A DNA stretch of 64,000 nucleotides. Source: Enoplolaimus lenunculus (lineage: Eukaryota). Below, one piece after another: positions 51,845-64,000 of this stretch. The stretch is from NCBI GenBank assembly GCA_030248215.1, contig JASANG010003910.1, positions 1 to 64,000 of the forward strand, read 5' to 3'. The notes under the pieces were generated by a model. That model saw nothing but the letters and a program-made list of their open reading frames with translations. It did no database searches and had not been told where the DNA came from. How positions within the stretch are numbered: the stretch's first letter is position 1; each line of letters starts with the position of its first letter. The translations under genes and the position numbers were made by a program.

Positions 51845-54800
51845 ATGGGTGACAGATCGATGAGAAAGTTAAGCTTGGGATCACCAAAAGATTTGAAAGA
51901 AGTTAATTTCTTTGAAAATCTTCCGATACCCGACTGTCCACCGCGTGGCGCCCGAATCCGAGTAAGTATAGCTTGTCGTGCAAAGCGTATGTACACTAAT
52001 ATTGTATGTGAAACTTTCATTTTTTCGTTAATATTTGTTACAGACTCAATAGTTGCGGATTTGAACCGCTTAATGTAAGTAAAAGACAGTAAATGTATTC
52101 GCGTCAAATAATGATTATCCGTGTATCAACTTATATACCTTTATATTTAGTTTTTTATGACGATCATTCATTAATGTTTGTTTAACCTCAAAATTAATAC
52201 ATTTTTAAAACAGTATGTGAAAAATCAATGCAGAATAGTGAATATATATACATTAACTTTTTATTTTCTTTGTACTAACTTTTAGGTTCAATACGCTGGC
52301 GTATGTCTCACAGAACGAGAGTTGAAAAATCCCAAGCAAGCAAGAATCACATCTGGAATCAGAGATAGTTCCCTATTTCCAGGTGCGCACGCTGTACTTT
52401 AAAACGCAACAATTGCGTATGTCTTCAGTCACATAGTACGCATATGCAGGGGTGGAAGTTTCGGTCTCGGTTTTTGTTGTTTCGGTGGCTTGGAGCCGAC
52501 ACCAGAAATCGAGGATTCTGTAAATGATGGTAAACCCATATGTAAATAATAGAAGTTAATATTGTTGAAGTAAGTAAAGCCTGATGAATAAAATTTCGCT
52601 CTGAATCTATAATGTTTTTTAGTCACGCGCTAATTAGAAGCCGATATTCTGAAAAAACACAAGCTGTGAAAAAAACAAAAAACTACAAAAAACATTAGAA
52701 AGAATTTATTTTAAAATTTTAATATTTTCTGAAAATTGACTGGAGACCGAGACTTTTCATGGCCGGTATCGGTAGCCAGGTCTTTGTTTCGGTTTTTAAC
52801 CGAGACACTCATCTCTTTTTATACGCCCCAACAGGTCTAATTCACGAACAATACGTACATGGACGTAGTTAAATTGTACCGGAACATGGACAAAAACAGA
52901 TTTTGTCAGGAACATACACAAAAACCGGAATTTGAAATAGTTTTCAACAAAAAGAACTACTGTTTCATTTTTTACGAGCTTAGGGAAAACGTGAGTGACT
53001 TAAGCGAATATTTTATGTGATTTCGTCATCAAGTTATACGTACAAAATTACAAATCAGTGAGATCAGACGTTCAAAGTATGGGATGGCACTTAATGCGAT
53101 CTTTCTATCGATACGTATATTATTTATAACCAAGGCATACAGTTATTTCAGGTTATGAAGTTTCTGGTGAGATTGATGAGTTTGGAGACGATGCGGCAAA
53201 AGATGAGTTTGATTTGGCGTTGGGCGACAAAGTGATTGTTTGGCCAACTGACGAAATGGCACAAGAAGGGTTCGTGTGATCTGTTTTGTTTTGTACTTTA
53301 TGCAGGACAGTAAAATGCTTAAAGTGTTTTGCTGATGGTTTATATCTTTTGATATGTATGCACGGTGTGATCGGATATCCGGTTCCGGTTTAGTATTTGG
53401 CATAAACCGATATCTGTATCCGGCACAAACCTACCAGAAACCTTATATTTGCGGTGTTTGTTCTAAATTTCACAAAACTGTTTTTTCAAGCGAGCGTCTT
53501 GAACAGTTGCTACGATTGCATTTTTGGGCAAGTTAAAAACTTAAAGTATTGATGCAGCGAATTAAACTTGATAAATTCATGCAAACTGTTACTTTCAGTT
53601 CAATGAACATATACTTTTTGCGACGTAAATACTTCAAACTACATAAATTTAAATGATATATCCGGTTAATATCTGGTTCCGAAAAACTCACAATCTGGTT
53701 ACGGTATGCGTTAAATTAATATCCGGCCGCACCCTGTAATGTTCGTACATTACAGTGTGGAGTCACGATATCCATTTTGTGTTTTGTTATATCAAGTCAC
53801 ACATGAACTTGCCTACTGAATTTCTTGTAATTGAAAAATTGTGATTGTGAAACTACTTTTTGCAACGTAAATATATACTTCAATCAACTTAAATTTAAAT
53901 GATATATCCGGTTAATATCTGGTTCTGAAAAATTCGCAATCTGGTTACATTATGCGTTAAATGAATATCTGGCCGCACCCTGTAATGTATGTTATAATCA
54001 TATAGTTCGTACATTACAGTGTTGAATCACGATATTCATTTTGTGTTTTGTTATATCAAGTCACACATGAACTTGCCCACTGAATTTGTTGTCATTGAAA
54101 AATAGTGATTGTGAAACTACTTTTTGCGACGTAAATATATACTTCAAACTACTTAAATTTAAATGATAAATGCGGTTACTATCTGGTTCTGAAAAATTCG
54201 CAATCTGGTTACATTATGCGTTAAATGAATATCTGGCCGCACCCTGTAATGTATGTTATAATCATATAGTTCGTACATTACAGTGTTGAATCACGATATT
54301 CATTTTGTGTTTTGTTATATCAAGTCACACATGAACTTGCCCACTGAATTTGTTGTCATTGAAAAATAGTGATTGTGAAACTACTTTTTGCGACGTAAAT
54401 ATATACTTCAAACTACTTAAATTTAAATGATAAATGCGGTTACTATCTGGTTCTGAAAAATTCGCAATCTGGTTACATTATGCGTTAAATGAATATCTTG
54501 CCGCACCCTGTAATGTATGTTATAATCATATAGTTCGTACATTACAGTGTGGAATCACGATATCCATTTTGTGTTTTGTTATATCAAGTCACACGTGAAC
54601 TTGCCCACTGAATTTGTTGTCATTGAAAAATAGTGATTGTGAAACGTCTTAGCATAGCGCTGTTATACTTGTGTGTCGCCGAACATGGCTGCAGGTAAAA
54701 ACTTTTGTTACAATATGATATGCTGTGGCATGCGGCAATACACGCGCGTTGCTGTACGGTGCCGGATGGAACTGGACGGTGATGGGCGGCGTCGGACGTC

Positions 54801-57800
54801 GTCAAAAGTATAGCGCTATCTTAATTCTGTTACTTTATTTGTTACTAATTTTAACACGTGCCAGTTACCCTTTTATCATAATGCGCACATCGATCAACCG
54901 TTTTCCGCTATGATTTCAGCTATGCAGACTACGTCTGTGTTCCGAGTCTAAAACATCTTGTGAAAATCCCACCTACAGTCCCAATCACGATTGCATCTCT
55001 GCTTCAAGGTGCTACATGGGCATACAGCGCAATCCGTCAAGCTAGACCAGTGGTCGATGCATTTGTATCAACAAAAGGTATATGCTGGGTGGGGTGGCTA
55101 CGTTAAATTTGGTTATTTTTTCAAATTGTAAAATCATCATGCGATTTGCTTACATTTTTCAAAAAGGTATGAATTCCTAAAATTTAACAAATATTCCACA
55201 AATTTGACGTCTTAACAGAAAAAATTTAATTTTTAGGCGGAGATTTTAAACAAATTGTATCATTTTAGTATTGTAAGGACATATTTTTGAGTAGATCGTT
55301 CAAATTTTGACGCTTGGGTTTTATTTTGAAAAAAATCGATGAGGATTAAAATGGGGAAACGTTATGTTTTCCACAACAGTTGCAGAACTAAAATTCTGGG
55401 TGTGGAATGCCTGAGACGGTAACAAGAATTAGATTTCTGTAGATATTTTCACCTGAGAGCCTTTATTTGGGTACGGTCTATGGTGGATTTAAACAAACAT
55501 ATATTGATTTTGCCACAGTGTAGTTAAATTTGCTTTAGTATTTTTGTAGGATTTTGTAATATTCTACTTGTGGGCGCTGGCGGCCTTGGTCTGTGGTTAC
55601 TAAAACTTGCTCGACACTTTCTTCGAGAAGGACATGAGAAAAAGATAAAAATTTTGGTCGCAGACGCAAAAGAAGAACGGTTGGCTATTGCTGAACGAAA
55701 TGGGGCTGATTATGTCGTTCATTGGGACGAACAAGGTGGGTGTTTGGGTTTTATTACAAAAGTATATTGGTATTGGTGATTTTGAGAAGCGGATTTAAGC
55801 TTGCGCTACCCATTTAACTTACTGGCAGGCAGCACTGAAAGCTTTACATAGTATCAAAATTAGATCTAAAATAGTTAACGAGTGTCGAATAGCAATTAAA
55901 GAACTCTCACAATTAAATGAAGTTTTACTAGTGTGGGTGCCGGGTCACTCAAATGTAATCGGTAATGACTTAGCGGATGAATTAGCAAGGCGTGGATCAG
56001 GTAGACGATTTACAGGACCAGAACCGGTACTGCCTATATGTAAGCGGGAGGTTCGCTTAAGAATTACATCATGGATGCACAGGAAATTTATATAGATGGA
56101 TAAATCAGAAAATCTGTAGATTTACAAGATCAATAATTCAAGAACCAAACATAAGAAGAAGTAGATTTTTATTAAAGGTTAATAAAGACAAACTTAGACA
56201 ATGTATTCAGATTTTATCGGGACATTGTTGGTTAAGTTATCATTTATTTAGAATGAGTGTAGCTCAAGACAAAAACTGTTCAGAATGCAATGTAAGTGAG
56301 GCCGCTGAGCACTTTTTATGCGTATGCAAGCAGTGGGAAGACAAACACGAGCAATTTCTTGGTAGGAAGACATTAGCTGTTAGAGAATTTAGATCTCTTG
56401 ATATAAGGAAAATTTATAAGTTTATTGTTGAAACAGAATGTCTAAAGGTTAATGTAGAGTGACACACAGAGTATATAAGGTCGTAGGATGTCGCAATGGA
56501 CAATGCTTTTCTATGTTTTGCAGAGTATGAGGAGCATTTGGTGGTTCGCACAAAAGACGCAGCGCGGACAGGGGTGCAAATTGTGTTCGATTTTGTGACC
56601 ACCCCACGTAGTGTCACTCGCTCGCTCAAATGTCTGGCAGAGGTACTAGTTAGATACATTTTTTGCGTCAGAAATACCGCCCAGTGCAGCGTTTTATTTA
56701 AGAAGCATTTAGTTTTTATGACTTAATATGTCACTGCGAAATGTTTACATAGAATTTAATAGTGGATGCTGAGATATCTTTTAGAGCTTTAAACTATCAG
56801 GTCTCCTGAAGTGTTGGTATAACAGCCAGGATATAACTGCAAAATAAAGTAATTTTAATTGTGCGGTTTCCTAATTGAAGTGCAAAACATTGATATGATA
56901 GTATTTTACGTCTGAGTCTATAACATTTAATCAGTATATCATGATAAATTGTTTAAACTTTGGCTCTACGAATCATTTATTTAAAACACCTCGTCATGTT
57001 GTTGTTCTGTTGTATTCTGAGCGCCGTGACTTTATAGACATAAGTTTAGGGTCGAGTTTCGAATAGGCCCGCCACCCGCAGGTATTTAATCGCGGTTTCG
57101 GTTTTAGCCGGTAGTATTTGCGCTTGGTTGCCCTCTCCTTAACGCTCTTGACAGGCGACCTCTAGTGCAGGGCAACTACATACATGTCGAACAAGTATGA
57201 CCGTTGTGTTAAAAGTTCTTGTTCGAAGCCAAGTGACAGTGCAAGGCGATGGCACATTTGTGCCACCAGTAATTGTTTACTTTTTGGCTCGAATGGCATG
57301 TACTATATTCTGTGTTAATTGAATATTTTTGTAATTAACTAAAATAGTGTACTGGAGGTCTTTGTCTACAGTAAGCTTCTATTTAACCGTTACACAACAC
57401 ACGCCGCTTTACAGGGAACATTGAAGTTTTTTGCGACATTGCAGTGACTTCGGTTTTATGTGTAACCGAATAACGGCTGTGGTAGCACAGCTTACATTGT
57501 CTGCAAAATATCTTGGTGCTAGGTATCTCATGCGATATTTCAGTGCAACACCTGGTTCTCAAATATAAGACTAGTGCTTGATCAATTGCTTCATTGATTG
57601 TTTGACGTGTTTTACGATTCTTTGACGTGTTATAGGGTGGTGTTTTGTTTGTGGGAGGATTGTCTGGACTGGACGTTCAGGTTCCCGTCCGACTTCTTGC
57701 GAAACAACGGTTAGCGCTCATGGGAGTGCAAAAAGGGACTATTGATCAACTGAAAATACTGGTAGAACTGCTGGCTGAAGGACAGGTGACAAAAAATAAC

Positions 57801-59095
57801 ATGGAGCCGAGCTTACTTTAATGTTTGTGAAGCTTAAAGTATTGAATATCAAGGAGTCTAAAGCGGAACACCGTGTATTTTGAGAGAAAGCTAATCTTCC
57901 AGGAAGTTTAAGAAAAGCTAATATTTGGGATAGATAATACCCAAGTTCTGTGTGGTTTAATGCCACAAAAACAAACAAAGTGTTTTTGAATTTGATTTTT
58001 TTTGTACTTAGAACAAACGTATGTACCATGAATCTGATGTTCCTGGATCGGGATAGTTTGGTTTGAGAAAATTAGCAATGGTATGTTCAGTTAATTTTAC
58101 AGATTGAAGCGCCAGCCTACAAAGTATTCCCAGTCGCTGAAGCGCCGAAAGTTCTTCGGCAGTTGAGCATGTCCGAAGTCGAAGGGCGTGCCATACTCGA
58201 TGTAAGTGAATATGTCTGTTTATAAATCTGCAATTGCATTCCCAAAAAAGTTTAGCTACTTGTTTAGCTATGTAATTTTGTCACACTAGCACGAAATGTT
58301 GGTAATTTATTTACATACCAATCACATTCTAACTGAAGTACTATAGCTGAGTGCTCTAGCTGCTTTTCGAGGTAAGGTATCAAAATTAACGACGTTTAGT
58401 GATGAGCTGTACGTTTTGATTGCATTTTGCGCCGTCTGGCACCGCTGCGTGAAATCCGACAAAGTGTGGAATCTTACTCGAGTAACCATACGGTGCCGTT
58501 TTTGCGCAATGAAGTTTTGGGCTTGGTATTATTTTAACGAAGACTGTCTTCTAATCAATTTTTAACATGGGATGTCGTTTCTATCCTGCGAAATTTGTCT
58601 CTTACGCCAAAATTTTTATGCATTTATATCCTATTTTACCAGAAGTATGGTTCCTTTCAGTGAAATCTTCTACGTAGTGTAAAATTTGTATCTTTTGCAT
58701 GATTTGCAAATTGAAATATTCATTTTCTATGTTTATACCTCTTTTGAAGTTGCGCAATAACGGATTAGTTTGGCAGATTCCGGACAAAATTATGCATGCT
58801 AGGTTGTGCCAGCGTGATGTTAAAAGTCGCTCGGGCGAAGTTTTTCGAAAGGAATGAAATCCGAATGCCGAATTATATTCAGATGCGTTATTTACATGTG
58901 GCGTTGCAAGGGAAACAAATTATTGGCTTGTATACCTCTCACAACCACATTTAAAGTCAAGGTTTAGGCTTAGAAAAACGCTCACGCTTAAGCCTAATCC
59001 TAAGCTTATGAATTTCAGAATTTGCAAGATACAAATTTTGTTTTATATATTATTATTATTATTAGGTCTCTGCGCCACGTCCTGCTGCGTCGTGA
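51845..59095 (+). CDS. Medium-chain dehydrogenase/reductase (alcohol dehydrogenase-like, resembles C. elegans ZK829.7), about 357 aa
   Basis: Exons 51845-51961, 52286-52382, 53152-53269, 54920-55077, 55550-55735, 56524-56642, 57636-57785, 58103-58201 and 59066-59095 (last exon less certain). GroES-like motifs [28 protein letters not shown]; Rossmann motif VGAGGLG; C-terminal VEGRAIL. Confidence 0.88.
53610..54645. repeat. About 264-bp tandem array (about 4 copies) in MDR intron 3
   Basis: ACTTTTTGC(G/A)ACGTAAAT recurs near 53612, 53855, 54119 and 54383. Confidence 0.92.
55826..56462 (+). mobile_element. 5'-truncated non-LTR retrotransposon fragment (RNase H C-terminus plus CCHC knuckle; LOA/R1/I-group-like) in MDR intron 5
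   Basis: Translates to [43 protein letters not shown] (retroelement RNase H). After a frameshift near 56090 it reads [27 protein letters not shown]. Confidence 0.85.
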
Positions 59096-62000
59096 TTGTG
59101 ATCAGTGATTTTTGAGTAACACATATATAATATATTTGTGGTTTTGCATATAATACTTTGAAGCTAGTGTACCACGAATTATTGTTTTAATTTTTGCCGA
59201 AATTTGTGTATTTAGCGTCCTACGTCTGGATTAATAACAAGACTGCTGTTGAGTGTATTTAAAAACGTAAATAGACCGATTGTATATAGCGTACACGTGG
59301 CACCAGCTTTGAGCGTATCTTTCATTGTGTATATTATGCTTAACGACCATAATCATACATGTTTTCTTCAGTAGTTTGCGTGATTTAGTGCAAAAATTAG
59401 ACACCACGATAGGTGTTTGTTGTAAATTATGTATACAATTATGCCATTATTTTTTGTATTTAGTTTTCGCTTTTGGATATGCTTGTTTGCAACATTTTGA
59501 GCGTAGAAAATACGTTTTAAAACAATATTCTTTGTCTGTTAAAAACGTCAACTTGGAGTTAATCAGATGTAATATTGAGTATTTGGAATTGCAACTTTGT
59601 ACTGCAGCAAATCGTATTTGATTGAGCAAATTTTGTACTCGTCTCGCTATAAAGCAGTACTGATGACTATGTTCCATGCTCGCTAAAATGTATTTACAAA
59701 ATTGTGTGCTGTCTGGAACATTGGTAGTCTACAACTCTTTACGACACGGTTTTGTGCTCTCAGCCCATAATAAATTATGCATACACAATGGTTATCATGA
59801 TTATTTCTCTAAACAGGTGTTCGTACCTGGTCGTCGTTGCCGATATTGTTATTGACACACCTATATTCATCGCTCGATGGGATGGCTGTGCCTGTATTAC
59901 AGCAGAAACGACACCTTCCTCAGCGAATTATTCCAGAGATCTAGGTCTAGTGGAGTTTGAAGTTTGTTTGGGGGGGTCAGGTGTGTTATATGACAATTGG
60001 AGCTCGCACTTGTTTTTTTTTAGATTTGTGTTCTTGTGGTTGTATCTGAAGTTGCCTGTTACTCGGTTGTTAGGTAGGTTCAGTCCATCTATTATGACGA
60101 ACTATAATAGACAGTAGCTACGTGATCCGGGGTGCTGGCATTTATAATGTTCCCTATGTGTCTAGATGGTTCGGGCCCTGTCTCTGTAAAAATGTGATGT
60201 GTGAGCATGGTGCATTCGTATGAAAGCTAATAGTTACATACTATTATGACTGGCAATGGTCGTTTTTTCAAGATAAACACCATATTTTTGGCGTGGATGC
60301 GTTATATTAATTATTGCAAATTTAATTTCAGGTTGTTCGGTCATTGTATATTTTATCTGTGATTTAATTGTGCGTAATAGTTTATATGCCAAAACGCGTT
60401 TTAGTTTGAAATAGCTCCAAATATTAAAAGTCACGTTATAAAAATAATCAGCATGTTGTGTATCTAATTGAGTTTATTTGAATCTTTGCTGATGGCTTAT
60501 CTAAGTTTCAAAATGAATTTTTAGCGAAAAGGAGATTGTTTTAATGAGTGGATATACAGTTGTTTGAGTATTAGAATATTCAGCAGTACCGATATGTTAT
60601 ACATGATGAAACCTTGACATATGTATGTTCGTTATGATTAAAATAATATGTAGCTGGTTGCAGTAAAATGCAAAGTGTCTGGGAGTTAAAACTATAGTTT
60701 TGAGCGTTTCAATTCAAATTTGAATGATTCACCTTGTACGCTTACGTTCCAGGTTAGTATTCATGTGACAAGATGAACCCCTGCTTTGTTGAGGTCGTTG
60801 AGGTCAATGAAACTAGTCTGAGCCGGAGGTGAGGCGAAATTAGGTCGTAAAAATGACGGTTAATTAGTTAATTTTAGCCAATATCTGCAAAATGTTAAGT
60901 TGTTTAGTTTTACGCTAATTTTCTGGGAAATTGCGGAAATTTGCTGAAAATTGTGGCAAAAGTAAAACTAAACGCGCTGAACAGATAAATTTAGCGAAAT
61001 TATGCAAAATTTCACTGCCGGAACCTTCGACAAAAATCTACCGGAGCTGGAGGCCGATTTCCTGCCGAAGCCGGAATCAGACCTCCGGTTGTACCCTGCT
61101 TCTTACATAAACTTAACTAAGCAAATGGAGAAAATGTAAAGAACAGGGGCGGAACAGTATTATAACCATATTACTAAGCCTACAACTAAGCGTAAGAATG
61201 AGCATATTCCTAAGCCAAGCAAAAAATTAGTCTAAACCTTAACCTTACTTTTTTATTGTCCCACAGAAAAACGTTCCGTCTCCGATCTTTACATGGGCCG
61301 TAAATCAGAACATTGTGTTTAACTAAGATAGCCAACTTCTAGGACCGTTAACTGTCGATATATTCTTGAGTCTATGCTTTGAAAGGTGTGTAAACAAGTT
61401 TGCCGGAGGTGAGGCGAATTAGGTAAGTTAAACTGAAGCATGCATTTTGCAAAACTGCAAAATTTTTACTAAATTATTACTCAAATCTCCGGCACAAATT
61501 CTACAGGAGCCAAAGCCGGAAGTCGATTTTCTGCCAGAGGCAGAGCACCGGTTGTACCGTGACGTTCTGTAGTACATATTTGGCTCGAATGGGAAAAGAT
61601 TCAAGCTTTTAGTTTTTTTAACATTATCCGTTCCCGTTATTTTTGCTGTCCATTTATCGCAGAGCGTGAAATGGAATATCCGTTTCTCGCTAAAATTTGT
61701 GTGTGTTTCAGGGTGTAAACGCTAATAGTAAAAATAACGGAAATGGATAGTGATCAAAATAATGGAAACGGATATTCAAATATAAACGTAAAAATGTTCT
61801 ATTTTTCTGCCACTGCAATTGAGGCATGAAAATATTCACAGAGGCGCCGATTTTTAACGGAAACGGATATCTGTTTACACCATATTGTGTTTCCATTTTA
61901 TGGAAACTTCCTTATTTTTATGCTCATAAGTTTAAAATCACTCATTTTTTGTTACAGATATGGGGTTGTGTAAGGATAAGAGGCAGAACGTTTTTCTGCG

Positions 62001-63140
62001 GGACTGTAATTGGATAAGCTTCAGCTTTAGAGTAATTTTTTTGCTTTTGCTGTAAGGTATATCCCCATTTTTACGATTTGCAATAAAACTAAAAACTGAC
62101 TTAAAATCTTCAAAATTTTTTAGATGACCGCAATTATATTTTAAAGTCAAGAAAGCTTGGGAAATATTGCAAGCTCAAACCCTTTATGGGCAGAAAAATA
62201 AAACACCGTTGAAACTTTCATATTTAATACCTACCCATTTTGAGTTTCCGTTGTTTTGATCACTATCCGTATCCGATATATATCTTCAAACTATCCGTGC
62301 TGCCGAGTGCCGCTCATACCCTGATTTCAATACCCTGATTTCTAGTATAGCATATATCATTTAATCTTATCATTGTATTAATTTCAAAATTCATATATGA
62401 ATTTCTGAAGAAAACGGCAGCTGTTTTTGATTTTGCTAGAAATTTAATCTGACAGTGAAGATGAAGCAAATATGGAATTGGTTTTAGAAGTCTTGCATTT
62501 TTTAATATTTGTGAGTCAACTTAACCACCACCTTTATAAGATGAATTAAAGTTTTTACAATCATGGTATTAAGTATGAATAGTAAACTGTAGAAGAATTT
62601 CAACGGGCTAAAGCGTAACATGAATACGCTGTGTGTCACTGAACCCGTTTGTAAATTTGAGTATATATACGGCAGGGTAAAGTAAACAAATTTTGCCGGA
62701 ACCGGAGCTGAAGCAAAATTAAGTAAAACTGATGCTGAATACGTAAATTTTAACATTGCGTCTTTTTTTGAAAAATTTCGGGAATGAAACAGTTGAAGAT
62801 TGCCCTAAAATTGAGTAATAAAGTCAATAAATAGGACAACTGGCAAAAAAATATGCAAAATTTTTTACTACTAAATTTGCCGGAACCTATGGCGAAACTT
62901 CACAGGAGCCGGAGCTGAAAGTAATTTGTCTGCCAGGGCCGGACACAGATCTTCGGATCAGCAACGATATAAGATGTCATATGATAGCTCAGAAATACAT
63001 TTATGTACGATTCAGCACGACTACAATTATTCGAAGTTGTTAATTTTAAATTACAAAATTTATTCAAACCGCTATGTATGTGGATATTTGCGTGCATTGT
63101 TGACATACACGGCATTGATTGCCACTGTTAAACATTGGTG

Positions 63141-63291
63141 ATGGATACGGAATACTACTGTTTGACATTTCTAATCCTCATCTGTCTCGTCTGTGCTATT
63201 GTGAAGATGATCGCAAAACTTACTGCTGGACGTTACGTTATTCAACACTCATTAGCAGGAAAAAATGTTATCATAACTGGAGCCAATACAG
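63141..63291 (+). CDS. First exon of a retinol dehydrogenase (RDH11-14)-like short-chain dehydrogenase; gene probably continues beyond the window
   Basis: ATG at 63141 gives MDTEYYCLTFLILICLVCAIVKMIAKLTAGRYVIQHSLAGKNVIITGANT(G), then donor GTTAG at 63292. This is an N-terminal membrane anchor plus the start of the SDR TGxxxGxG motif. The frame is absent from the supplied ORF track. Confidence 0.8.
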
Positions 63292-64000
63292 GTTAGCTAG
63301 TCGAAGTAAAAATTATTGGATTAGTAGGAAAATGTTTGCTGCTGTGTACTGGTGTTCAACAGATGCGTACCGAGATTGGGAACCAGGATGGCCGCGGCTT
63401 TAATCCGAATTCATTTCTGTGACACAGCCTCAGTGAATCGCCAAATTTGCTACTTTTCATTTCAATTTGAGATCCAATGTTTTAAGCGTTTTCTTCGCGG
63501 GCCCCTTACAATACGCATCCGCTGATCCACTTTTGGTATTCACTTTATAAATATATATAACTGCTAGCATGGTTCCACGGGAATCCTAGCAGGGTTCCAT
63601 CGGAATGCTGTTCCGGTCAGAATTCCTGCAAAATTCAAATCCTGTTCCTGCATTCAAACATATAGGAACCGGAATTTTTAAAGTTTTGTGGCAAATTGTT
63701 CGTAATCATTTTAATATTGGAAACTTTATCTCTGAAAAGGTGCTATTTCGAAATGAGTGGTTTTGCACTGGGTCTTTTCGGGTTTCTCCTCGTCCGCGTT
63801 TGCCCAAAAGTGGTTTGATTTTGAAAATTTTTGCGTATTTGAGCTTCTCATGATTTGCCCTGATCATTGTACACCCAAATTTGAATTTTTCACAAATTCG
63901 ATTTTTATAGTCCGAAGGCCCACTTAAGAGCATAAAAAATTTTTGTCCAAAAGCCGGACGAATTATATATCATTCGATGCTGCTTGGAGAGCTGAGTCCA

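Noticed and set aside
58803..58817. Alternative terminal exon (VVPA*) for the MDR gene
   Set aside because: Poor acceptor context; 59066-59095 is preferred, although neither is proven.
59752..60117. 121-aa ORF or Penelope GIY-YIG remnant
   Set aside because: Only a faint RQLQ..QEHK resemblance on the minus strand, with stops and no core motif.

Overview
This is AT-rich, intron-rich animal genomic DNA with GT-AG spliceosomal introns and no prokaryotic features. It is most likely a nematode, possibly an early-branching one. That is an inference from an LPR-type lipocalin, a C. elegans ZK829.7-like MDR protein and abundant TTAGGC tracts. Seven genes could be assembled by hand with consistent splice phases: (1) the 3' part of carboxypeptidase Q (+); (2) a degenerate Ras-superfamily pseudo-GTPase (-); (3) a 10-exon calbindin-32-like six-EF-hand protein (-) with one probable GC-AG intron; (4) a 6-exon orphan secreted, probably GPI-anchored protein (+); (5) a 6-exon lipocalin (-); (6) a 9-exon alcohol dehydrogenase-like MDR protein with altered zinc ligands (+); (7) exon 1 of an RDH-like SDR (+). 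Introns and intergenic DNA are packed with MITEs. The dominant group is more than 30 full or partial GGCC-terminated elements with 8-bp target-site duplications (Merlin-like) that carry telomere-like TTAGGC tracts, including one A/B chimera with an intact TSD. Also present are hAT-, Tc1/mariner-, EnSpm- and Harbinger-like MITEs, tRNA-derived SINE remnants, an RNase H-bearing non-LTR fragment and several minisatellites. All family assignments come from motif recognition, not database searches.
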